A stretch of 63,224 nt of DNA, filler included, from Craspedostauros australis (Eukaryota), in NCBI GenBank assembly GCA_030167865.1. It is 5 parts of 5 records of this genome, joined end to end, with 100 filler letters (N's around TTAATTAATTAA, not from the genome) between each part and the next. Parts side by side here need not be neighbours in the genome. Positions count along the whole stretch, not along the records: positions 28,222 to 42,593 come from JALAGF010005720.1; positions 42,694 to 47,519 come from JALAGF010005721.1; positions 47,620 to 63,224 come from JALAGF010005722.1; 2 more parts are not named here. One strand, written 5' to 3'. The notes under the pieces were generated by a model that made no database searches, was not told where the DNA came from, and was given only the letters and a program-made list of their open reading frames with translations. Positions 38,101 to 49,610 of the stretch are shown in pieces. Made by a program: the position numbers and the translations under genes. How positions within the stretch are numbered: the stretch's first letter is position 1; each line of letters begins with the position of its first letter.

Positions 38101-39189
38101 CTTCAGTTCGATGACGGGATCGAGCTATCGGTCAAGGAGGAGAAGCTGTTGCAGGAGGCAGCGCAAGCCGAACGCCGTGCCAAGATGCTGGAGAAGCAGC
38201 TGACCCAGGCAGGGTTCAAGGTCGCGGAAGACGATATCTCCTACTCCGAGGCCAAGACGAAGATCGGCAGTCTGACGGAGGACATCAAGCAGGTGGCAGG
38301 CCGGATGGGCGAAGTCGCAGATATGAAACAGCAGGCACAGCTGGAGGCGGAGTACGTGAAGCTCGCCGAGGAGCTGGAGAAATACAACGCCGCGATCATG
38401 CTGACGAAGGAATGGGAGCAGGAGCAGAAGGATAAGCTGCAGAAGTGGGAGGCGGGCATCCTCCCCGCCAACCAGCAGGCCCTGCGTGACATCTGCCGTC
38501 ATATGCCGGTCAACATCCGGGACCTGTCCGAAGAGGAGCTGCGCACCATGACGACGCCGAACGGCAAGCAGCTGCCCGCAGCGATGGTGAAGAAGTTCAA
38601 GCGGACCAATGTGCTGATGCTGCTGAGGCTGGATCCGAAGCAGATCGAACCGATGCATCCATCATCGCTGGAGGGCATGAGAACGACGGGGCTCACGTTG
38701 ACCGAACGAAGGGCCCTGTACGAGCACCTGAAGGATCTCGGCAACGGCTGGCGTCGGCAAGCGAACGACAAGATGGTGGAACGCAAGTGGATGTGGCACG
38801 AGTCGCTGAAGGGCAAGTACAAGGAGGTGCTGGACAAGTACGAGAAACACGTGGCAGAGTACGGGCAACCCGAGAACCACCCATACGGCAAGAAACGTGG
38901 CGATCCAGGATGCCCGTTGATCGGCAACCAGTGCCCGATCAAGGCAAATGCCGCCATGGACTACAGCGGTGACTACGGCTTTCCAGAATCCGGCATCTAC
39001 AGCAAATCAGAGGTGCAGAAGTCGAGCCTCCTGACGGTCGAAGAGTTTCAGGCCAGGCAACGTGAAGACGATGACGCTCATAACGAGGGTGTTGGCGACA
39101 GCGATGGTAGCGGTGCTGCTGGCCTCCACCCTCCAGGAAAGGGTGCTCTGGGTGGCATGCTGAAGCAAATCTTTGCTGCAGGTCCATGA
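35107..39189 (+). CDS. 1360-aa coiled-coil protein with two tandem copies of an uncharacterised ~290-aa domain
   Basis: Uninterrupted ORF with a low-complexity, EKQR-rich N-terminal half. Both copies share RHMPV.IR..SE..L....TPNGK.LP...V.KFKRTNVL.L.R.DP..IE.MHPS.LEGMRTTGLTLTERRAL.EHLK and GC.LIGNQCP.KA. Confidence 0.9.
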   Translation: MPVTDHLKLSKSGPSSSGTRNASPRRSERGRGVGSRAGTAPPASSGASSSMVNSAGSRPSWESLPPALRMSAMKQEAKRLSSAKENAREEAAVVHSAIQEHRQHRVVIRKVKKKVKKKVRVKKSPASENPAGNNSDPNAGDQPESKEIKQNDAATRQRPAHAKNKNKDKDLGWQRQSSVTSKSDGNSGGGEAANATRNQTMDVLPQDFETENERYVRLQKEREERAKRQQEEARQQKLAQKSPGTMQAEADAMRKRLAAMGIAIKSPKTPKTPRNPVVSTKSRQAAPAAKSTSQRLPSTTPFHDDAKPTKSNADDSNSNSNNSNSSSSRPKPASLQLPPILPSSQSNHKTDATNQHSYKLIQKKLKKVEQLLEDTKLGSKQHKKYQAKKLEYEGMLRDMKKEAKGAKASKIDSHALTLPINVTGIDGTNSMAKDDTDGTATAAATATSTTTTTSTSSADNTDWIAKAREAAIEKERRIQQEKDKLAQRQRQQHAKEEEERRIHEQQEQQQAEEHRRQAEKEEEEEEERREQKLLAEAEDARREMIEMQEKLEEEKRQKELQEKEARRQELLQRQKEETDSDDDDSEDADNQFHVENGMGEDARGDGNADATDQSDEQQAGEESEESQEEQAKESGKSVRGSLTADEMAMDSTQRLLNAIEKAEKQQRKLEKQLSQNGIPISEDIPYDLAKAKIGQIQKSMQTLMAENDGSHAFQNKYYKMEEELAKYSTALMLTDEYQAEQERLEQEWESKHSPNNLLALQKIRRHMPVSIRNQSETSLTTTLTPNGKTLPKQIVRKFKRTNVLQLVRMDPENGIEKMHPSLLEGMRTTGLTLTERRALHEHLKGVGALWQSLSTDPSMDKKWMWFSALKSKFKEELRKYEQDVEKHGPPGSHVYASRKAPSAGGCTLIGNQCPVKADAALSYDEDYGFTPDAVYETTEAAKSSLPGDDAGGGGGKTPLQRQHSLGTLRKNVAKRGNYGRTSIQTTSIAELTKLLRTRLQFDDGIELSVKEEKLLQEAAQAERRAKMLEKQLTQAGFKVAEDDISYSEAKTKIGSLTEDIKQVAGRMGEVADMKQQAQLEAEYVKLAEELEKYNAAIMLTKEWEQEQKDKLQKWEAGILPANQQALRDICRHMPVNIRDLSEEELRTMTTPNGKQLPAAMVKKFKRTNVLMLLRLDPKQIEPMHPSSLEGMRTTGLTLTERRALYEHLKDLGNGWRRQANDKMVERKWMWHESLKGKYKEVLDKYEKHVAEYGQPENHPYGKKRGDPGCPLIGNQCPIKANAAMDYSGDYGFPESGIYSKSEVQKSSLLTVEEFQARQREDDDAHNEGVGDSDGSGAAGLHPPGKGALGGMLKQIFAAGP

Positions 39190-39882
39190 GAAAGGGGGTC
39201 CAAGATCACAGCAGGGGGTTCAGCTCGTCTCATTCCATTTAGGTTGAGTGGGGGTGGGGGTGCGAGGGGGTCGGGGTGGATCAGAGTGGATTGGAGTGGG
39301 GTGGTCCACGACCTATTTGCATTTAATCGGTATTGAGTGCTCTCAATAGTATTATTCTATGTTATACGATCGATTCAACGCACATTCAACTTGGTAGCTC
39401 ACACGAGGTAGAGTATCCTCGTGGTGGAATGGTTCCTCTTGATGCTCTGCGACTATGACGCAAGGGTACGGTGCCACGGTCGTAGCTCCTGCATGGAGAT
39501 TGGATCTATCCTTGTGCAAATACTCCGCGAGTCATCCCTCGCCGGTTTGGCCATTTTCGCCATGTTGTTGACACGGAAACTGGACGGACGAAGTTGGGTG
39601 TTCGTGTTCTTGTTTTTCGCACGCGTACGGCGGCCAGACGTGTGGTAAGAAGAGAAACGAAAGATACGCGAACAAGTGCGTTAGAGCTGTCACGGAAGAG
39701 AACTCGAAGAAAAGGATTCATCGGTTGGGGGGTTGTGAGTGGAGGACGTCCGAGAATTGCGCCAAAACCAGGCTGCAGCGATGGTGGGTGGGTTGGCATT
39801 ATTTGACTGCTGAATGATTTCGCACTTGTGAACAAGAGCTCAAACACAAGCTCAAGCACAAACGGAGACCGCACATCCCACC

Positions 39883-42012
39883 ATGACAGCCACAGCCACA
39901 GGAGCGGCAACTGCGACGGCAGGAACAGAGAAGAGCCTGGCCAAGGTGTTCGATGCCAAGGCAGGATGCGAGAGCAAGCTGGAGCAGTACAAGCGCGAGC
40001 ACGCTTACTCCATCGCCCATCCTGAGGAGTTCTGGTCCCAGAAGGCGAAGGAGCATCTGGACTGGTTCCGTCCCTTCGACGACCGCTGCGTGCTGCAGGG
40101 ATCGCTGCAGGAGGGCACCGTGCGCTGGTTCGCCGGCGGCAAGCTGAACATGTCGTACAACTGTCTGGACAGGCACGTGAACGCCGGAAACGGCGACAAG
40201 GTGGCCATGATCTTCGAAGGAGACGAGACCTCCCAGATCAGGCGCCTCACCTACAGCGAGCTGCTGCACAGGGTCTGCCAGATCGCCAACGCCCTCAGGG
40301 TGCAGGGCGTGCAGAAGGGCGACGTCGTCACCGTCTACATGCCCATGATCCCGGAGCTCGCCATGTGCATGCTGGCCTGCGCCAGAATCGGGGCCGTGCA
40401 CTCCGTCGTCTTCGCTGGCTTCTCCGCGGAGGCCCTCGCCCAGCGCATCTCCGCGGCGCGATCCAAGGTCGTCATCACCGCGGACGTTGGCAAGAGAGGC
40501 GGCAAGACCATCCCCCTCAAGCCCATCGTCAACGACGCCATCCACAAGCTCGACCTAGACGACGTCTGCCAGCACGTCATGGTCTGGGAGCGCTTCTACG
40601 ACCCCGCCACCGCGGAATCCGCCCAGGTGGACTACAAGACGACCCCCAAGGACGTCCGCATGGACCCGCTCGTTGCCAAGATGCGACCCTACTGTCCGCC
40701 GGTCGAGCTCGATGCGGAGGACTCCCTCTTCATCCTCTACACGTCCGGATCCACCGGCCAGCCCAAGGGACTGCTGCACACCACCGGAGGCTACGCGCTG
40801 TTCGCGAAGATGACCGCGCAGATCACCTTCGATCTGCAGCCGGGAGACATCTTCGCCTGCGTCGCGGACTGCGGCTGGATCACGGGACACACCTACGTGG
40901 TCTACGGCCCGCTGCTCAATGGTGGCACCACCTTCCTCTTCGAATCCACGCCCGTCTACCCAAACGAAGGCCGCTACTGGGACATGGTGCAGCGTCACAA
41001 GATCACGCAGTTCTACACGGCACCCACCGCCATCCGTCTGCTCATGCGCTACGGCAGCGCGCCCGTCGAAAAGTACGATCTCAGCTCGTTGCGCATTCTG
41101 GGCAGCGTCGGCGAGCCCATCAACCCGGAGGCATGGCGGTGGTACTACGAGGTCGTCGGTCGCAGCAACTGCACCGTGGTCGACACCTACTGGCAGACGG
41201 AGACCGGCGGTCACGTCATCACCAACCTTCCGGGCGTCACGCCCATGAAGCCAGGATCCTGCACGCTCCCATTCTACGGTATTGATACCGTGGTGCTCGA
41301 TGCGCAGGACGGGCACGAACTCAAGCTCACGCCCGCCAAGGACGGACACACTGCTGCTGCTGCTGCTGCTGCTGCGGATGGAGATGCCGATGTGGAGATG
41401 GACACCGGCGCGGGAGCCAGCGGGCAGGTCGAGGGCGTCATGGCCATCCGAAAACCTTGGCCTGGAATGGCGCGCACCTGCCTTGGTGACCACGAGCGAT
41501 TCCTGACCGTCTACTACAAGCCCTATCCAGGATTTTACTTCACGGGAGATTCCGTCATGCGGGACAAGGACGGATACCACTTCATCATCGGCCGCATGGA
41601 CGACGTGCTCAACGTCAGCGGTCACCGCATCGGAACGGCCGAGGTGGAATCCGCCCTGGTCAACCACCCCGCAGTCGCCCAGGCGGCCGTCGTGGGCCGT
41701 CCGCACGAAATCAAGGGACAGTCCATCTGCGCGTTCTGCATGCTCAAGGTGGGTTACGCCGAGACCATCGATCTGCTGCAGGAGCTACGCCTGGAGGTCC
41801 GCAAGGAAATGGGCGCCTTCTGCTCGCCGGACATGATCGTCGTCGCCCCATCGCTACCCATGACGCGATCCGGGAAGATCATGCGCCGCATCCTGCGCAA
41901 GATCGTCTGTGGCGAAACAGACAAGCTCGGCGACACCAGCACTCTGGCGGATCCGTCCATCGTCGACACCCTCATCACCAAGGTCGCAGAGCGCATGGCC
42001 GCCAAGAAGTAG
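39883..42012 (+). CDS. acs: Acetyl-CoA synthetase (acetate-CoA ligase), intronless, no evident targeting peptide
   Basis: WFAGGKLNMSYNCLDRH, ILYTSGSTGQPKG, ADCGWITGHTY, GSVGEPINP, DTYWQTETGG, LPMTRSGKIMRRILRKI. Confidence 0.97.
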   Translation: MTATATGAATATAGTEKSLAKVFDAKAGCESKLEQYKREHAYSIAHPEEFWSQKAKEHLDWFRPFDDRCVLQGSLQEGTVRWFAGGKLNMSYNCLDRHVNAGNGDKVAMIFEGDETSQIRRLTYSELLHRVCQIANALRVQGVQKGDVVTVYMPMIPELAMCMLACARIGAVHSVVFAGFSAEALAQRISAARSKVVITADVGKRGGKTIPLKPIVNDAIHKLDLDDVCQHVMVWERFYDPATAESAQVDYKTTPKDVRMDPLVAKMRPYCPPVELDAEDSLFILYTSGSTGQPKGLLHTTGGYALFAKMTAQITFDLQPGDIFACVADCGWITGHTYVVYGPLLNGGTTFLFESTPVYPNEGRYWDMVQRHKITQFYTAPTAIRLLMRYGSAPVEKYDLSSLRILGSVGEPINPEAWRWYYEVVGRSNCTVVDTYWQTETGGHVITNLPGVTPMKPGSCTLPFYGIDTVVLDAQDGHELKLTPAKDGHTAAAAAAAADGDADVEMDTGAGASGQVEGVMAIRKPWPGMARTCLGDHERFLTVYYKPYPGFYFTGDSVMRDKDGYHFIIGRMDDVLNVSGHRIGTAEVESALVNHPAVAQAAVVGRPHEIKGQSICAFCMLKVGYAETIDLLQELRLEVRKEMGAFCSPDMIVVAPSLPMTRSGKIMRRILRKIVCGETDKLGDTSTLADPSIVDTLITKVAERMAAKK

Positions 42013-42593
42013 TTGCATGATACTTGGTGCAAAGGCATTGGGTATTGTTATATGAGCATTGTTATGAGCATTGTTATGAGTATGACAACGATGAGGGATT
42101 GAACAGTCCTCCGCAGAGAATTTGCATCCAGCTTTCATGGGGTACTGCGCTGCTATCGTCATCTAACGAGGGAGAGCACTACTCTTAGAGTATTATACGT
42201 ATGGTTGTATTACATTCTATTCTATTGTACGACAGAACACGAGAGCATTTCAACACTGTTCGGGGCATTTTGAAAGGTTGAAAGGAAGAGAGACAGAGAC
42301 GAATGGAGGGAGCAAACACGGTACTAGTTAAATTGCGTTAGTTCGCGTCGTTTTTCGCGTGTCCGAGATGTCCCCGTAGATGGAACAAATCCGGATTGGA
42401 TCGTTTGTTGTTGTTGTTGTTGTTGTTGTTGTTGACAATAGGGACGGACTTTGTGTTTTTGTTGCTGTGAGAAAATTGTTTGTTGCGTTGCCTTGAGCAA
42501 GCGTTCAACGTCGCAACTCGGACCGACTGATGAAGTCGTTTGGTGTCAGAGTTTACGATGGGAAGACGAGAGTGAATGCAATTGATTTGTACT

Positions 42594-42693
42594 NNNNNNN
42601 NNNNNNNNNNNNNNNNNNNNNNNNNNNNNNNNNNNNNTTAATTAATTAANNNNNNNNNNNNNNNNNNNNNNNNNNNNNNNNNNNNNNNNNNNN
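42594..42693. other. Artificial contig-joining linker
   Basis: N run + TTAATTAATTAA + N run. Confidence 0.95.
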
Positions 42694-44178
42694 CTGCGTT
42701 CACGGACTCCATCGGTTTCGACAGCCACATGCTCGGACTGGCGTCGTCTTCTTCATCTTGTCGTCTACTTTGTAGTCATTCAATTTTTATTTCGAAATTC
42801 CGCCTGGTGCTATTCCTATGCCAACAAAAGCATACCTATGCAGGGACCCCGTGTTATTCTTCGCACAAACATTTTTGCACCCTCACCTGAACGTTTCCAT
42901 CACGCATTCTATCAGTTTCGACGTCTGGAGGGACGAACCACTCTCATCTCCTCCGCCTCATTGTTTACTTTGTAGTCNNNNNNNNNNNNNNNNNNNNNNN
43001 NNNNNNNNNNNNNNNNNNNNNNNNNNNNNNNNNNNNNNNNNNNNNNNNNNNNNNNNNNCATGCACCTTCTGGAGGGCATCGTCAGTGTCATGCACGATTG
43101 GCGCGATTGAGGTGAGTCTATGCCATTCCAGTTGCATCAACCTTTCGTATTGCGCAATACTGTATGGTGTTTGGCTGATGGGAAAGGGGAGGTTGTGTCT
43201 GAGCGATCTACACGCTCCGAATTGATGTTGCTCGCAATCCTCTTGCGAGGGCTGCGGACTCCGGCAGACTGTGTGTTGACTTNNNNNNNNNNNNNNNNNN
43301 NNNNNNNNNNNNNNNNNNNNNNNNNNNNNNNNNNNNNNNNNNNNNNNNNNNNNNNNNNNNNNNNNNNNNNNNNNNNNNNNNNNNNNNNNNNNNNNNNNNN
43401 NNNNNNNNNNNNNNNNNNNNNNNNNNNNNNNNNNNNNNNNNNNNNNNNNNNNNNNNNNNNNNNNNNNNNNNNNNNNNNNNNNNNNNNNNNNNNNNNNNNN
43501 NNNNNNNNNNNNNNNNNNNGGAACCACGGACGCGTTCCTGCACCATTGTGAGCGCTGCGCTTTTGCGGTTCCATCATGGTTCGAAGATCGACTTGGCGTC
43601 TTCCACTTGTCTCATACTCGACAATACACTGCATGCCTTGGTCGATGCCCGATCCAGTTTTGTTGTCTTGGTCGAAAATGTGGGTGTGGTGTGGGAGTTG
43701 TTGTTGTGAATTTGGCGCACCTCGGTCAAATCTGATTGGATGGGAANNNNNNNNNNNNNNNNNNNNNNNNNNNNNNNNNNNNNNNNNNNNNNNNNNNNNN
43801 NNNNNNNNNNNNNNNNNNNNNNNNNNNNNNNNNNNNNNNNNNNNNNNNNNNNNNNNNNNNNNNNNNNNNNNNNNNNNNNNNNNNNNNNNNNNNNNNNNNN
43901 NNNNNNNNNNNNNCAAATGACAGATTCATGGACCAGCCACCCAATCTCCGACGCACCAATCAAAAGCAACAAGCAGAACAGAATGTCCGCCCCCAGCGAA
44001 CTCACATCACACATCACACATCACACATCGCACATCGCACACCCAACAACTGTACTCTTGCCCATTCACTGCGGATACTTCAATCGTCGCATCTGAGACG
44101 ATCGGCGCCGACAGCCAACACAACTCCAAATGGCAACCAACGAAGAACAGATCGATTGTATTCCACCGTGTTGCGTTC

Positions 44179-44940
44179 GGCCACCAGGGACGTAATCATG
44201 ATACACACTCGATCGTCTCTCACGATGCCAATGCAAATGATCAGAAATCGAGGTGACAATCGATGAGAATAAAAAGTATTATGAAATTCAATAGAGAATG
44301 AATGGATAGACGGATTGATGTAGCACTCGTCGCTCTCTCTCTCTCTCTCTCTNNNNNNNNNNNNNNNNNNNNNNNNNTCTCTCGTTGTGTTGGCGCCGCG
44401 TCACACTCACTCTTTCGCCAGAATAAAAATCGCAGATGGTTCCACATACATTCTCCAATCGCAACCACGTATGCACCAATGAGCGACCGTTGAACTGTTG
44501 CTGCCGATCTCGACACAAACACATCCCTCATGCTGTTGTGAACGANNNNNNNNNNNNNNNNNNNNNNNNNNNNNNNNNNNNNNNNNNNNNNNNNNGGCCA
44601 CCAGGGACGTAATCATGATACACACGCGATCGTCTCTCACGATGCCAATGCAAATGATGAGAAATTGAGGCTACAATCGATGAGAATAAAAAGAAAAAAT
44701 CAATAGAGAATGAATGGACAGACGGATTGATCTCGCACTCGTTGCTCTCTCTCTCTCTCTCTCTTGCACTTGCTCTCTCGTTGTGTTGGCGCTGCGTCAC
44801 ACTCACTCATTCGCCAAAATAAAAATCGCAAACAGTTGCACATCCATTCTCCAATCACAACCACGTATGCACCAATGAGCGACCGTTGAGCTGTTGCCGC
44901 CGATCTCCGCACAAACACAGCGCTCATGCTGTTGTGAACA
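44179..44940. repeat. Diverged direct duplication of ~350 nt (44179-44545 and 44596-~44940) containing (CT)n
   Basis: Both copies start GGCCACCAGGGACGTAATCATGATACACAC and end ...CTCATGCTGTTGTGAAC, with many substitutions between them. Confidence 0.85.
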
Positions 44941-45110
44941 AATAGACATGTGCTGCTTTGGCTTGTTGAGTGTTGTTGTCGCTGTCTGCTGCATTCTCCT
45001 ATCTGCAATGTCGGCACAACACTCAGTGCTCCCCAACATCGAGATCATTCAGAATCATCCGTGCCTTCCCCCCACTCGCATCGTCCGTCAGCCACCATCG
45101 TTATCGCATC

Positions 45111-47519
45111 ATGACCCGTCCACGCGAGGATTCGAGCATCGATCCCAATCCATCCCAATCAAAGGTGCAACGTCAAACAGCAACTGCTGGCACATCCATC
45201 CATCACCAACCACCTCATGGGCACTACGCATCGTACCAATACTCTGCACCTGTCGGACCAAACCACAATGGCAGCGTTCACAGTCCTCCTCTCCCCATGG
45301 TTGCGAATCATCATGTCCCTCCCAACATACAACCTCCTNNNNNNNNNNNNNNNNNNNNNNNNNNNNNNNNNNNNNNNNNNNNNNNNNNGCACAACACTCA
45401 GTGCTCCCCAACATCGAGATCATTCAGAATCATCCGTGCCTTCCCCCCACTCGCATCGTCCGTCAGCCACCATCGTTATCGCATCATGACCCGTCCACGC
45501 GAGGATTCGAGCATCGATCCCAATCCATCCCAATCAAAGGTGCAACGTCAAACAGCAACTGCTGGCACATCCATCCATCACCAACCACCTCATGGGCACT
45601 ACGCATCGTACCAATACTCTGCACCTGTCNNNNNNNNNNNNNNNNNNNNNNNNNNNNNNNNNNNNNNNNNNNNNNNNNNNNNNNNNNNNNNNNNNNNNNN
45701 NNNNNNNNNNNNNNNNNNNNNNNNNNNNNNNNNNNNNNNNNNNNNNNNNNNNNNNNNNNNNNNNNNNNNNNNNNNNNNNNNNNNNNNNNNNNNNNNNNNN
45801 NNNNNNNNNNNNNNNNNNNNNNNNNNNTTTGGTATCATGCCTTGCAAGCAATGTCTGACCCTGTTCTGCAGTCACTGCAGTAGGCCACCATTTTGCCCAA
45901 ACTGTGCATCATCCATCCGCAGAGATGTACATCATGCAGGTATGAACACCTTTGTACCGCATGCCACCTTGTTCTCTGTTGGGATTCGTGGTCAAGCTGC
46001 TGTGCCCACACGTCCCAAGCGCAAATCATCAGCAAACAGACGCAGGACGCCACANNNNNNNNNNNNNNNNNNNNNNNNNNNNNNNNNNNNNNNNNNNNNN
46101 NNNNNNNNNNNNNNNNNNNNNNNNNNNNNNNNNNNNNNNNNNNNNNNNNNNNNNNNNNNNNNNNNNNNNNNNNNNNNNNNNNNNNNNNNNNNNNNNNNNN
46201 NNNNNNNAATCGAAAAGGACTACTCACATCTATCTTCAAATCAGCAGGCATTGACATTCGAGCAATTACGAAATTCCCTGTGAGTGGATTCAGAAGCATC
46301 CCACCAAGGGGAGCCAAGCGCCACTGGAGTCTCATCAAACGAATCTGGAAAGAGCTGTGTAATGGAACATCCGAACATGCAATCTTCCCTGGCACGAAAC
46401 CCCCACCTCAACTTTGGGAAGCCATGACCTTTGTGCGACATTGCAAACAGCTCCCTCCTGTGTTGCTGGAGCAGACTCTCTGTCATTTAGCCTTCTGGGG
46501 GAATAGGGACCTGTCACTGACTGCTCGTGCNGTTTTGGCAATGACCTGTGACTCCAGGCGCTGCACCCGAATCCTGGCCGCGCACTACGGTAGCTTGTCG
46601 AAAGGAGACAAGGCGAAGGTTGCACTGGGACGCCGAACCATGTCTCGTGCAGCACACAGGAGACTGTCGCACGCTGGTGGTGCGATCCTTGCTGGAGGCC
46701 AGTTCCCACACACAGACTACAAGTACCGTGTCAAGGAATCTAGTCTCCAGGGAGTGATCTCGTTTCTCACCTCCATGCTCCAGTACCGGCCAGGCATCAC
46801 AAGGAGCATCAAGTTGGCTGGTGTTCTGTTCCCAGACCTGCCTATCTTCATTCGCGGATCAACATCTGATGCAGAACTCTTTGCGAAGTACAAGAACGCA
46901 ACAGATGACCCTGTCGGCAGGCCTGCCTTCATGAGTATCCTGACATTNCTCACACGACGTGGCAAGTGTCAAACTGGCCTGTCCTCCTTCTACACAGATA
47001 CTNTGACTGTATTCATGCACTTCCAAAACATGATCAGGAGAGTCATGGAACTGCTTCGGACTCAGAACAAGGAACATCAAGACAAAGAGCTCGTGTCTGA
47101 ACTTCTCAACGAGGCACAGGCCATCATCACGGACAACAATTCTGTTCTTTCATTTGCGAAATGGAAATATGCAAACAAGCACATCCAGGTGAAGTCAACC
47201 ACGGATAATCTACATTCCGCAGAGTTCGCTCTGACAAATGGCTCCCTCCCGTTTGTGAACCAAGCATGCAAGCAATGTGCAGATGTCATGACATTCTTCC
47301 CGATTCGCGTTCGCGACTTCATGCGAACTGCCACCAACAACATCACTGGCAACACGTTCGAATTGGATCGCATGGCTGCAGCAATTAACCTGTGTGATGA
47401 TGCACTGCGCCAGTACATGGCCCACCAAGTGAGATGAAAGGTACAAGCACAGAAGATCAAGGAGGAAAAGGAGCGCCTCAAGGACCACCCAGATCGCATC
47501 ATTGCTGTGCTCGATCACA
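45111..47519 (+). mobile_element. Probable DNA-transposon transposase remnant (Sola-like DDE), gapped and 3'-partial
   Basis: Cys-rich CKQC..FCSHC...CPNC segment, then a long frame with VGRPAF..IL..LT...KCQTGLSSFY, H..EFAL...CKQC and YMAHQVR*KVQAQKI...RIIAVLDH. The last part resembles the H..R..Q...hhhD lead-in to the first catalytic Asp in such transposases. In-frame TGA at 47435-47437. Family assignment is from memory only. Confidence 0.5.
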
Positions 47520-47619
47520 NNNNNNNNNNNNNNNNNNNNNNNNNNNNNNNNNNNNNNNNNNNNTTAATTAATTAANNNNNNNNNNNNNNNNNNNNNNNNN
47601 NNNNNNNNNNNNNNNNNNN
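47520..47619. other. Artificial contig-joining linker
   Basis: N run + TTAATTAATTAA + N run. Confidence 0.95.
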
Positions 47620-48119
47620 TGACGGACGACGTACAGACGTTTGTATGGGCACGCAATACACACGGTCGACGTACGGACGTTTTTGTATGGAAAATGTCGA
47701 TGAGCCGCAACTCCCGGAAAGTGCGGACGAATGTTCAACATCCGCAACTCCCAAATAACACGAGATACTACGAGCCACGCGATACACCGTGTTAATCATG
47801 TACAGCACGCTACACCATGATGAACACATGTTCACGTGCATCTGTGTGTACACACACATGCAGCGTGTCCATACGTACATGTCAACACTTCTACCATCTT
47901 CAACGGACTTCTACAACGTGAGATATTGATGCTCAAAGTACTCAACATCAACCAGTACTTGCAATACACAGTGTCGTGTACATGTAAGCACACACACGTG
48001 TTCACCATGCTCGTACACACGTGTGACAACAAGAACCACACTCTGGATCAACTTGGTGATGGAGATAGTGATGCATGAGTACAACACAAACAACATGTGA
48101 TAACACGTGCAACCACGTT

Positions 48120-49610
48120 AATGTGAGATGAACATGGTTAATGTGAGATGAACATCGTCAATGGCAGATGAACATCGTCAATGGCAAATGAACTATCTGT
48201 CAATGGCAAATGAACTATTGTTAACACATTCCAACTACAGGAGGATGGCACAAGTCCCATGAAATGGCTGACTTGTGGGGGAGGAGGGGGNNNNNNNNNN
48301 NNNNNNNNNNNNNNNNNNNNNNNNNNNNNNNNNNNNNNNNTGACGGACGACGTACAGACGTTTGTATGGGCACGCAATACACACGGTCGACGTACGGACG
48401 TTTTTGTATGGAAAATGTCGATGAGCCGCAACTCCCGGAAAGTGCGGACGAATGTTCAACATCCGCAACTCCCAAATAACACGAGATACTACGAGCCACG
48501 CGATACACCGTGTTAATCATGTACAGCACGCTACACCATGATGAACACATGTTCACGTGCATCTGTGTGTACACACACATGCAGCGTGTCCATACGTACA
48601 TGTCAACACTTCTACCATCTTCAACGGACTTCTACAACGTGAGATATTGATGCTCAAAGTACTCAACATCAACCAGTACTTGCAATACACAGTGTCGTGT
48701 ACATGTAAGCACACACACGTGTTCACCATGCTCGTACACACGTGTGACAACAAGAACCACACTCTGGATCAACTTGGTGATGGAGATAGTGATGCATGAG
48801 TACAACACAAACAACATGTGATAACACGTGCAACCACGTTAATGTGAGATGAACATNNNNNNNNNNNNNNNNNNNNNNNNNNNNNNNNNNNNNNNNNNNN
48901 NNNNNNNNNNNNNNNNNNNNNNNNNNNNNNNNNNNNNNNNNNNNNNNNNNNNNNNNNNNNNNGGAGGATGGCACAAGTCCCATGAAATGGCTGACTTGTG
49001 GGGGAGGAGGGGGAACAACACCATCAACTGTGATACTCACACATCCACGTGCTCACACACACACACACACACACACACTGTACAACCAGCCACAACACAC
49101 AACAACAGGTGAGTCCGTGATGCAACAGTCAACACACAATGAACTATCTGTCAACACCAAATGAACTATTGTTAACACATTCCAACTACAGGAGGATGGC
49201 ACAAGTCCCATGAAATGGCTGACTTGTGGGGGAGGAGGGGGAAGTCAACACCATCAACTGTGATACTCACACATCCACATGCTCACACACACACACACAC
49301 ACACTGCCACATGGTACAACCAGCCACAACACACAACAACACGTGAAACCACGATGCAACAGTCAACATCAAATGAACTATCTGTCAACACCAAATGAAC
49401 TATTGTTAACACATTCCAACAACAGGAGGATGGCACAAGTCCCATGAAATGGCTGACTTGTGGGGGAGGAGGGGGAAGTCAACACCATCAACTGTGATAC
49501 TCACACATCCACGTGCTCACACACACACACACACTGCCACACAGTACAACCGGCCACAACACACAACAACACGTGAGACCGTGATGCAACACTCAACATC
49601 AAATGAACAA
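48120..49610. repeat. Minisatellite with a ~230-nt unit containing (CA)n
   Basis: GGAGGATGGCACAAGTCCCATGAAATGGCTGACTTGTGGGGGAGGAGGGG occurs at about 48241, 48963, 49191 and 49426; contiguous unit spacings are about 228 and 235 nt. Confidence 0.9.

Noticed and set aside
40365..41706. Long alternative-frame and antisense ORFs over acs (also over Lhc, cysK and RRP9)
   Set aside because: These are shadow ORFs caused by biased codon usage; they contain no recognisable motifs.
32505..42012. GC-rich, intronless cysK and acs as recent bacterial transfers or contamination
   Set aside because: cysK has a diatom plastid presequence, both genes sit among eukaryotic genes, and the Lhc genes show similar third-position C/G bias.
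2472..47619. Recurrent TTAATTAATTAA motif and apparent gene neighbourhoods across it
   Set aside because: It is always embedded in a 100-nt N block, so it is an artificial linker. Adjacency across linkers has no biological meaning.
47620..48856. Apparently identical ~515-nt direct repeat (from 47620 and from 48341)
   Set aside because: The copies flank a 50-N gap, typical of an unmerged contig overlap. The same applies to 27340-27540, 45014-45629 and 57203-57388.
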